DNA of 64,000 nt, taken from contig JAPUEE010000005.1 in NCBI GenBank assembly GCA_027492735.1, forward strand, positions 65,719 to 129,718. The letters are read 5' to 3'. Of the stretch, positions 9,622 to 16,319 are shown piece by piece; position 1 is the first letter of the stretch, and every line of letters starts with the position of its first letter. This DNA comes from Candidatus Saccharimonadota bacterium. Lineage in GTDB: Bacteria > Patescibacteriota > Saccharimonadia > Saccharimonadales > Saccharimonadaceae. The notes below the pieces were generated by a model. That model did no database searches and was not told the DNA's origin. It worked only from the letters and a program-made list of their open reading frames with translations. The position numbers were made by a program, and so were the translations under genes.

Positions 9622-10310
9622 TGTTTAATCTATCCGCGTTAAAGCTCAATCAATCAACTATAAAAAGAGCTGCGATTTCACTCGTTGTTGCGGTGATTTT
9701 GATTGGTGGCGGTTGGTTTGTGATTGATTGGTTATCGTACAAGAGTGTGACTTTTAATCTGTCATCGAACACGAAATCCATCGCCGTTTATGATGAAGAT
9801 CAATATGAAACATACGCTAAATCCGAAGGCAGCAGTTCGGCGGCAAATGATGGCAAGCTTGAGTCAACTGGTACGCTGCGTCTCCGGACCGGAACTTATT
9901 ATGTGGTGCCAATGGGTGACGATATATCGCTCGATAAGATCAAGATTCAGATCAATGATAATACGAAATCAATCGATATCAAACCGTATTATTCGGATGA
10001 TTACCTAACTAGCAATTTCTCGGATCAGATGGCCGCAATTAATACTACTATATCTGATAAATACGCTGATATTATTTCCGATTATACGATAGATAATGGT
10101 ACGTTTTATCATTATGGCGACTGGTATGGAACCACGTTATATAGTGAGGTTACTAGGGAAGGTGGATCTGATACGTATGGCATTATATTGCATAACGTCG
10201 ATGGCGTGTGGCGGATTGCTGCCGCACCAGAACTGGTATTCCGCTATAGCGATCACAAAGATATACCGACAGACATCATAGACGCTGTTAATCGAAGCGC
10301 AAACGATTAG
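9621..10310 (+). CDS. Hypothetical membrane-anchored protein
   Basis: 229-aa ORF with ATG overlapping the upstream stop (TAATG). One N-terminal TM helix (AAISLVVAVILIGGGWFVI). No recognisable motif. Confidence 0.6.
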   Translation: MFNLSALKLNQSTIKRAAISLVVAVILIGGGWFVIDWLSYKSVTFNLSSNTKSIAVYDEDQYETYAKSEGSSSAANDGKLESTGTLRLRTGTYYVVPMGDDISLDKIKIQINDNTKSIDIKPYYSDDYLTSNFSDQMAAINTTISDKYADIISDYTIDNGTFYHYGDWYGTTLYSEVTREGGSDTYGIILHNVDGVWRIAAAPELVFRYSDHKDIPTDIIDAVNRSAND

Positions 10311-11307
10311 CCGCATTGTGTCTGGTGGTTATAGTAGTTGCGAATAAATAATTGTTATTAAATATAGTGTTCAGATATAAATTTTTTTGGTGAGTGCTGT
10401 CGAGTTCGCTATCAATATCGTCGAATAACAGATAAATATTGGAGCCTAACTCTTGGTTAGCGAGTTCAATCATGCTATATAACATGGCGAAAATTATTGT
10501 TCGATTCTCGCCGCGAGACGCAGTGGTCTTGGCATCGTGATTGTTGATCTTGATTTTGATATCATGTGTTTGAGGACCAGATCTCGTAAACGGGAGATTC
10601 GAGGCATATTCTTCGTCAAGCTGAGAGAGGATCGCCGCCCGGGTTTTATGACTAGCGCTGTAGCCTAGAGAGATCTCATCATGCGTATTCGCAATGGCCT
10701 GGTACTGTTCGGTTACTCGTGCTCCGATTTTCTTTATCCATGTGGTTCGTGCCGAGATAATCTTTTCAGCTAAATCGGCAAATTGTATATCCCAGACAAA
10801 TAGGTTACTACGGGCAGCACCATTTTTTAGTAAATTATTACGCTGTGACAAGACTCGCTCAAAACGACGCAAAGTACTGGCGTGAGTGGGGTCGACCTGG
10901 GCAATAAATCGATCAAAAAAAGTGCGACGTCTATTGGGAGAACCATAGAGCAACTGCAGATCACTCGGCTCAAACAGAATAACGGGCTTTTTGAGGCGTG
11001 CCGGTAGTCTCGTGTAGGACTGGTCATTAATGATGAACGATTTTTTGTTGTCGATGAACTTTACCGTACGTTTTTCGCCGTCAGTGAAATCGATATCGAG
11101 TCGCCACCAGTCAGTGTCCTGGTTATTTTTTATCATCTCAGTAAAATCTGAGCGCCAGCTTTTGCCTTGGATGGCGATATGGATAGCTTCGATGAGAGAG
11201 GTTTTGCCACTGCCGTTTGGGCCAGTAATAATAGTAGTGCCGGGTTGAAATGTTGCTTCAAAATCTTCGTGTTTGCGAAAATGTTGTAGTCGGACTCTAG
11301 CAATCAT
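10288..11307 (-). CDS. recF: DNA replication and repair protein RecF
   Basis: 339 aa. N-terminal Walker A ITGPNGSGKTSLIEAI and C-terminal LLFDDIDSELD (Walker B / SMC-like), as in RecF. Confidence 0.85.
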   Translation of the reverse strand: MIARVRLQHFRKHEDFEATFQPGTTIITGPNGSGKTSLIEAIHIAIQGKSWRSDFTEMIKNNQDTDWWRLDIDFTDGEKRTVKFIDNKKSFIINDQSYTRLPARLKKPVILFEPSDLQLLYGSPNRRRTFFDRFIAQVDPTHASTLRRFERVLSQRNNLLKNGAARSNLFVWDIQFADLAEKIISARTTWIKKIGARVTEQYQAIANTHDEISLGYSASHKTRAAILSQLDEEYASNLPFTRSGPQTHDIKIKINNHDAKTTASRGENRTIIFAMLYSMIELANQELGSNIYLLFDDIDSELDSTHQKNLYLNTIFNNNYLFATTITTRHNAANRLRFD

Positions 11308-11401
11308 GAAACTATTGTACTACGAAGCGAGAGTCCATACGAACTTGTTCGTATGACAGAGCGAGGACGTATACTATGGCGATAGCCATATTGTACTACG
11401 T

Positions 11402-11410
11402 GTGCTACAA
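11402..11410 (+). promoter_or_regulatory. Extended -10 promoter element (TGcTACAAT) upstream of pyrG
   Basis: Matches TGnTAyAAT, 27 nt before the pyrG ATG. GAGGAGG Shine-Dalgarno lies between them. Confidence 0.5.
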
Positions 11411-11436
11411 TTGTTTTACATGAGGAGGAAATCGCC

Positions 11437-13026
11437 ATGGGTAAAATAAATACCAAATATATTTTCGTGACCGGAGGAGTCCTGTCAGGCGTCGGGAAAG
11501 GCATCACAGCCGCCAGCATCGGCGCTATTTTAAAAGGTAAAGGCTTCAAAGTTTCGATGCAAAAATGTGATCCATATCTTAATGTTGATGCTGGACTACT
11601 AAATCCTGTTGAGCACGGTGAATGTTTTGTGACACGTGATGGTGCTGAGACGGATCTCGATCTAGGGCATTACGAGCGTTTTCTAGACGAGGAAACGACG
11701 CGTAATTCAATTACCTTGTCAGGCAAATTATTCCAAGATTTGATAGCCAAGGAACGGTCAGGTGGTTTTCATGGCCAAACGGTGCAACTGGTGCCACATT
11801 TAACAGATGCTATTCACGAGGCTATTAAAAAGGCTTCCGAAGGATCGGATATTCATATTTGTGAGATCGGCGGCACGGTTGGCGATTATGAGGGTCTCAG
11901 TTTTGTCGAAGCAATTAGGACGTTTGCCAATCTCGTTGGTCGTGAAAACTGTCTCTACGTGTCAGTTCTCTATGTACCGTTTCTCTCTACTAGCAAAGAA
12001 TTCAAAACCAAACCTGCTCAAAATGCATTAAAGGATCTGCGCGGCTTCGGTATTATTCCAGATATCGTGGCAGTCCGTTTGGAAAAACACGCTGGTCGCA
12101 ATGTTGCTGAGAAAATCGCTAAATTTGCAGGCATAGAGAGTGACGCAGTTATTCTGTTGCCTGACGCTACATCCGTGTATGACGTACCTCTCCAGGTTCG
12201 TGACAGCGGTGTATTGAATGTATTGAATCGATTTGTCGACAGTGACAAAGAACCTGATATGACCGCGTGGGAAGCATTGAGCCAGAGAGTTGGCATGAAA
12301 AAAGATCAGACAGTGACTGTTGGGCTAGTGGCAAAATATGTTGATAACGAGGATACGTATTTCTCTGTCACTGAGGCGCTAAAATCAGCGGCGTTTGCGT
12401 CGGGAGTTAATTTGGAAATCAAATGGCTGAATGCAGAGAAAGTGACGAGCGAAGATTTTGATGCAGTCGATGGATTGTTGGTGCCGGGCGGTTTCGGTAC
12501 CCGAGGTACCGAGGGCAAGATCGCGGCGGCAGACTATGCGCTCGAGCATAATAAACCCTATCTAGGCCTGTGCCTAGGTTTGCAAATGGCAGTGGTTGCG
12601 GCGGCGCGGCGCGGCGGCCTCGCCAGAGCTAATTCCGAGGAATTTGATGACAAAACACCAGAGAATGTAGTGTACATTATGGCTGACCAAAAGGGCAAAG
12701 AATCTACTGGCGGGACTATGAGATTAGGTGATTATCCTGCACACCTACAATCGGGTAGTTTGGCAGAACGGGTGTACGGCGCTCGTGATATCGTTGAACG
12801 TCATCGCCATCGTTACGAAGTAAATCAGAAATTCTTGCCTGAAATTGAGGCAGGCGGAGTAGTGGTGAGTGGTGCTAGCCCAGACGGCAAGTTAGTGGAG
12901 TTCATCGAGGCTCCAGACAGTACGTTCTTTGTCGCAACCCAGGCGCATCCAGAATTTCGCTCGCGCCCGACACGTCCACATCCGCTGTTTGCTGCATTTA
13001 TCGAATCGTTAAAGGAGGTATCATGA
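11437..13026 (+). CDS. pyrG: CTP synthase
   Basis: 529 aa. N-terminal KYIFVTGGVLSGVGKGITAASIG and a C-terminal glutaminase domain with GLCLGLQ and HRHRYEVN motifs. Confidence 0.95.
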   Translation: MGKINTKYIFVTGGVLSGVGKGITAASIGAILKGKGFKVSMQKCDPYLNVDAGLLNPVEHGECFVTRDGAETDLDLGHYERFLDEETTRNSITLSGKLFQDLIAKERSGGFHGQTVQLVPHLTDAIHEAIKKASEGSDIHICEIGGTVGDYEGLSFVEAIRTFANLVGRENCLYVSVLYVPFLSTSKEFKTKPAQNALKDLRGFGIIPDIVAVRLEKHAGRNVAEKIAKFAGIESDAVILLPDATSVYDVPLQVRDSGVLNVLNRFVDSDKEPDMTAWEALSQRVGMKKDQTVTVGLVAKYVDNEDTYFSVTEALKSAAFASGVNLEIKWLNAEKVTSEDFDAVDGLLVPGGFGTRGTEGKIAAADYALEHNKPYLGLCLGLQMAVVAAARRGGLARANSEEFDDKTPENVVYIMADQKGKESTGGTMRLGDYPAHLQSGSLAERVYGARDIVERHRHRYEVNQKFLPEIEAGGVVVSGASPDGKLVEFIEAPDSTFFVATQAHPEFRSRPTRPHPLFAAFIESLKEVS

Positions 13027-13268
13027 GTAAAAAATCAGCTATCGAAGGCGAAGTTGTAGAGCGAAAGTCTACGACAAACAATGGTTCAAAAACCACCAAA
13101 ATAAATGGCATCGTAGCTATACTCATCGTTGTCATAGCGATCGGTATTATAGCCTTTGTTTTGAAATTTGTTGTTGGACTGCTGGCAGTGATATTGCAAT
13201 TTGTGATTATCGCGGCAGCACTTGGTCTGGTTGGACTCATAATCTATAACTTTGTAAAAGGAAAATAG
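13023..13268 (+). CDS. Small membrane protein, hypothetical
   Basis: 81 aa. ATGA overlap with the pyrG stop. Two hydrophobic helices. Confidence 0.5.
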   Translation: MSKKSAIEGEVVERKSTTNNGSKTTKINGIVAILIVVIAIGIIAFVLKFVVGLLAVILQFVIIAAALGLVGLIIYNFVKGK

Positions 13269-13547
13269 GTGAATTCAGACAATAACCAACCAACTAATCA
13301 ACAGCCGATTCAGGTAGTTATCGAACCAACCACGAAAAAGACAGGACTTCGGATAGGATGGGTAATCGTAGGGCTGGTGTGTTTGATGGCAGTGTGCATA
13401 GTGATTGGTAGCACGATTAGTCTACTGGCTCCACAATATAACGAAGCTCTTGGATACAGCTTGGCAATTGGGATGAGCTTGGCGGCGGTTGCTGGCGTCA
13501 TTATTGCTATCATTCAGGATGTAAAACGAAAGAAAGGTACAAAATGA
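13269..13547 (+). CDS. Small membrane protein, hypothetical (GTG start)
   Basis: 92 aa, starting immediately after the previous stop. Two hydrophobic helices. Its stop overlaps the pyrH start. Confidence 0.5.
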   Translation: MNSDNNQPTNQQPIQVVIEPTTKKTGLRIGWVIVGLVCLMAVCIVIGSTISLLAPQYNEALGYSLAIGMSLAAVAGVIIAIIQDVKRKKGTK

Positions 13548-14248
13548 GATTACTATTAAAATTATCAGGTGAACAGTTGGCGGGTGATAGCCCTAGAGGC
13601 TTTTCGGTTGAACGAGCTACGTGGATTGCCGATGAAATAAAAAAGGCCAAAACGGCCTCACCCGATGCAGAAATTGTGGTTATTGTTGGCGCCGGTAATT
13701 TTGTGCGCGGCGCGTATTTTGCAGGTCAACATGTTCGACCGGTGACAGCAGATAACATGGGGATGATGGGGACAATGATCAACGCCGTAGCGCTGGCTGA
13801 TGTTTTTAATGCCGAAGGCTTGCCGACGGCGGCCCTATCGAATATATCGTGCCAGCAAATTGTTGATGACTATACCCATCGACGAGCCTTGTCACATTTG
13901 TCCAAGGGCAGGGTAGTGATCGTGGCTGGCGGCACGGGTCGACCGTATTTTACCACTGACACGAGTGCATTGAACCTAGCTATCGAACTAGATTGCGATG
14001 TTATCGCAAAAGCCACCAAAGTCGACGGCATTTTTGATGATGATCCAGAAAAGAATCCGGATGCGCACAAGCTCGACACTATCTCCTATGACGATGCCTT
14101 GCGTGATAAAAAAGTCCGCGTTATGGACAAGGCTGCCTTGGCGCTCGCCGCCGAGCACAGCAAGCCAGTTGTCGTGTTCGAGCTGTTAAAGCCGGGCAAT
14201 ATTGCGAAAGTCGCGGGCGGGCAAACAGTCGGTACAAGCATTAGATAA
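13544..14248 (+). CDS. pyrH: UMP kinase
   Basis: 234 aa. LLKLSGE ... VVGAGNFVRG ... VIVAGGTGRPYFTTDTSALNLAIEL are typical of PyrH. Confidence 0.9.
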   Translation: MRLLLKLSGEQLAGDSPRGFSVERATWIADEIKKAKTASPDAEIVVIVGAGNFVRGAYFAGQHVRPVTADNMGMMGTMINAVALADVFNAEGLPTAALSNISCQQIVDDYTHRRALSHLSKGRVVIVAGGTGRPYFTTDTSALNLAIELDCDVIAKATKVDGIFDDDPEKNPDAHKLDTISYDDALRDKKVRVMDKAALALAAEHSKPVVVFELLKPGNIAKVAGGQTVGTSIR

Positions 14249-14261
14249 TTTCCATGGGGTG

Positions 14262-14289
14262 CCCCTCGATCAGTAGTTCGATCGAGGGG
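14262..14289. terminator. 10-bp perfect hairpin between pyrH and the convergent island gene
   Basis: CCCCTCGATC-agtagttc-GATCGAGGGG. Weak T tract follows on the + strand (gttcgcgtctttc). Confidence 0.45.
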
Positions 14290-14356
14290 GTTCGCGTCTT
14301 TCGGTAGGGTCACCGTGATGTGGGTTTTTCCCATCTACTTGACGCTTCCCGCACTT

Positions 14357-14701
14357 CTAGGCTGCCACCCGCTTGGCTGCCTGCTTCCGGCCACGGGCCG
14401 GGTACTTCTGGTGGTGAACCTTGCGGCTCACTGTCGAGGTCCGGCCGAACCAGCCTTCAGTCTGGGCAATCTTGCCCGACTTGATGGCGGCGTCAACGGC
14501 CGCACGGACGGTGGTGGAGAATTCGCCGCTTCGGTAGTCGCCGAGCTGGCGATTCCGGTTGTGAACCTCTCCGGCTAGGAATCGAACCAGCTCACGGCGC
14601 GAGTTGGCACGAATGGCTCCGCCGAACTTCGTGAACACTGCCAGGACTCGTCTCTCGGCGATCCGGATCTGCTCATCGGTTGGCTCGAACTCTTTCACCA
14701 C
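14357..14701 (-). CDS. Hypothetical basic protein (island 1), GTG start as drawn
   Basis: 114 codons with high GC3 and a Lys/Arg-rich C-terminus (KYPARGRKQAAKRVAA). The start is uncertain because of the upstream C10 tract and mini-ORF. Confidence 0.5.
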   Translation of the reverse strand: MVKEFEPTDEQIRIAERRVLAVFTKFGGAIRANSRRELVRFLAGEVHNRNRQLGDYRSGEFSTTVRAAVDAAIKSGKIAQTEGWFGRTSTVSRKVHHQKYPARGRKQAAKRVAA

Positions 14702-14715
14702 CTTCCGATTGCTAC

Positions 14716-14725
14716 GGGGGGGGGG
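14716..14725. repeat. G10 homopolymer (C10 on the coding strand of the island-1 basic protein leader)
   Basis: Ten consecutive G counted directly. A +1 or -2 length change fuses the upstream mini-ORF to the 114-codon ORF. Confidence 0.9.
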
Positions 14726-14903
14726 TATGGCTGGACGATGCGTATGACGTCATCGCTCATCCTCCTCATTCTGTTGTTGTGCGGTGCACCACGTCGTCCT
14801 AGCTGGATTGCCAGGCTATCCGGTGGTGAGATAACTATAAATAGATAATATACTATTGTCAAGCAGTAGCGTAATCACCAGTGTAAACGCGCAACAGTAT
14901 TTA

Positions 14904-14932
14904 TTGACATAAACGTATTTGTATGCTACAAT
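14904..14932 (+). promoter_or_regulatory. Near-consensus promoter TTGACA-17 nt-TGcTACAAT driving the island-1 plus-strand operon
   Basis: TTGACA at 14904-14909, 17-nt spacer, extended -10 TGcTACAAT at 14924-14932. It lies in an AT-rich patch inside the GC-rich island. Confidence 0.6.
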
Positions 14933-15066
14933 AGTAAGCCATTGATCAGACAGCGAACTGGTCAAAGTAGTATTTACGTAGAACTTTTACATAGTAGGAG
15001 GTTTTGAATCTTTCCGATGTGTTATTTCCGCGTTTTTCGTGCGATAGTACACCGGGAGGGTTCGAA

Positions 15067-15411
15067 ATGGACTCACCTGGACAATCCATCGGAAGGAAGA
15101 CGTTGAAACGCTGGATACAAGGCCTAGCCCAATTGATGGGCATCTTCGTGGCCCTCGCGGCCATGAAGCTTGTATTGTTGGTTGACCGCCTAGTACGCTG
15201 GGCGGCCGATCAAAAGTCGCTGGTGGCCTTTGTGGCCATCAGCGTCGTACCGGTGCTGTTTTTCCTCGCAGTCGTGTTCGGCCTTTGGGCCGGGTACGAG
15301 TGGGGAATTATCGCGCTGCTCGTAGTTGCGGCTGGTGGCTCTATTGCTATCTTCGCGCTCATAATGACCGCGGGCCGACTGGTCCGCGCTGACTCGGAAG
15401 CGAGGAGATAA
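15067..15411 (+). CDS. Small polytopic membrane protein (island 1, gene A)
   Basis: ATG at 15067 preceded by GGGAGGG. 114 aa with about 3 TM helices and high GC3. The track ORF begins at TTG 15004. Confidence 0.55.
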   Translation: MDSPGQSIGRKTLKRWIQGLAQLMGIFVALAAMKLVLLVDRLVRWAADQKSLVAFVAISVVPVLFFLAVVFGLWAGYEWGIIALLVVAAGGSIAIFALIMTAGRLVRADSEARR

Positions 15412-15412
15412 C

Positions 15413-15655
15413 ATGACATTGCGAAAGGCGATGGGCCTCTGGTGCAGTCTGTTACTTGTCCAAATGGCTCTGGTAGCCTCAGTTCACGCGAGTACCGATC
15501 ATTACTCGAGTGAGGCTGTCGCCACATTTGATGTATTTGCTGCAATATCCGTTGCGATTGTTCTCGTGTCGGCCACGCTTAGCGTGGTTTGGACAAGGCG
15601 AGAAGCAAAACGGGCAGGTCAATCAACCCACATCAAACCGAGAGAAGGAAAGTAA
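15413..15655 (+). CDS. Small membrane/secreted protein (island 1, gene B)
   Basis: 80 aa. GAGGAG lies 7 nt upstream. Signal-like N-terminus plus one TM helix. Start is 1 nt after the gene A stop. Confidence 0.6.
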   Translation: MTLRKAMGLWCSLLLVQMALVASVHASTDHYSSEAVATFDVFAAISVAIVLVSATLSVVWTRREAKRAGQSTHIKPREGK

Positions 15656-15882
15656 TGATGCGAACGTCAAAATTCCTGGTATGGACTTCGCCAATAACGA
15701 TCTGGGCTGGAGCCGTCTGGGCTGTCGTAGCCGGGATCAACGGAGCCAGCCTCGGCGAGGCCACCGGCATTTTCGGCTGGTTTTTCCTCACCTTCATCAC
15801 CCAGATTCTCGCGGCGATCGCACTTTACGTGATCGCCGAGAAAGAGGAGGAGGCAAGGCGCCGCGGGGTCTGGACGTGGTGA
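15655..15882 (+). CDS. Small 2-TM membrane protein (island 1, gene C)
   Basis: 75 aa. TAATG overlap with gene B. Upstream GAGAGAAGGAAAG. High GC3. Confidence 0.6.
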   Translation: MMRTSKFLVWTSPITIWAGAVWAVVAGINGASLGEATGIFGWFFLTFITQILAAIALYVIAEKEEEARRRGVWTW

Positions 15883-16145
15883 GAGATCACGAGGAACGGC
15901 AAGCGCGCCGTCGACATGACTCCGCCGTGGGCCTGACCGTCGCGGTCGGGTTCACCGTTCTCTGGCTGGGTTTCCGGCCCGAGTGGTTCGGCATTGCGCC
16001 GGATACCATGACGTTCTGGTTCATCCGCCTGGTGGCGGTGATCTTGATCGTCTGCGCGATTAGCTGTGGAGTCCGCATCCACCACAATCGCAAGTCCAAG
16101 TCCAAGGCCGAGAGCGATCTTGGCCTCCCTCCTACAACGCGCTGA
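15879..16145 (+). CDS. Small 2-TM membrane protein (island 1, gene D), GTG start
   Basis: GTGGTGA overlap with the gene C stop. 88 aa with two hydrophobic helices and a basic tail. The upstream part of track ORF 15510..16145 is Arg-rich out-of-frame read-through of genes B and C. Confidence 0.5.
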   Translation: MRDHEERQARRRHDSAVGLTVAVGFTVLWLGFRPEWFGIAPDTMTFWFIRLVAVILIVCAISCGVRIHHNRKSKSKAESDLGLPPTTR

Positions 16146-16197
16146 CGCCCCTGTCAGCGTCTCCCTCGAAAGAGGTGAGGAATCAACGGGGCAACAA

Positions 16198-16222
16198 GCC
16201 CGGCCATACACCATGGCCGGGC
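16198..16222 (+). terminator. Perfect 10-bp hairpin at the right end of island 1
   Basis: GCCCGGCCAT-acacc-ATGGCCGGGC. A second hairpin GCTGAC-gcccct-GTCAGC spans the gene D stop (16141-16158). No strong T tract. Confidence 0.5.
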
Positions 16223-16304
16223 ACACCCCTTGAATAATTGAATTTATTACTGATATTTGGTGGCGAATCTAATGGTTTAAGAGTCGATCGACTACTGTCG
16301 ATCG

Positions 16305-16313
16305 TGATACAAT
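16305..16313 (+). promoter_or_regulatory. Extended -10 (TGaTACAAT) 6 nt upstream of the argS ATG (leaderless configuration)
   Basis: The -10 element ends at 16313 and the ATG is at 16320. No Shine-Dalgarno is possible. Confidence 0.55.
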
Positions 16314-16319
16314 AGAGAT

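Larger units (their letters stand above)
14250..16230. other. High-G+C island 1 (putative horizontally acquired segment)
   Basis: Composition jumps right after the pyrH stop (37/60 G+C in the line starting 15241, against about 26/60 in native genes). GC-rich third codon positions. An internal AT-rich promoter patch spans 14830-15040. Ends at the hairpin 16198-16222. Confidence 0.7.

Noticed and set aside
11304-11549. 81-aa minus-strand ORF overlapping the pyrG start and the recF-pyrG intergenic region.
   Set aside because: It overlaps the well-supported pyrG N-terminus in antisense. It has no SD and its sequence is uninformative.
15510-16226. 211-aa ORF (15510..16145) and 133-aa antisense ORF (15825..16226) in island 1.
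   Set aside because: The first two thirds of the 211-aa frame is Arg/Pro-rich out-of-frame read-through of genes B and C. Only its last 88 codons (from GTG 15,879) look like a membrane protein and are translationally coupled. The antisense ORF is a typical high-GC artefact.
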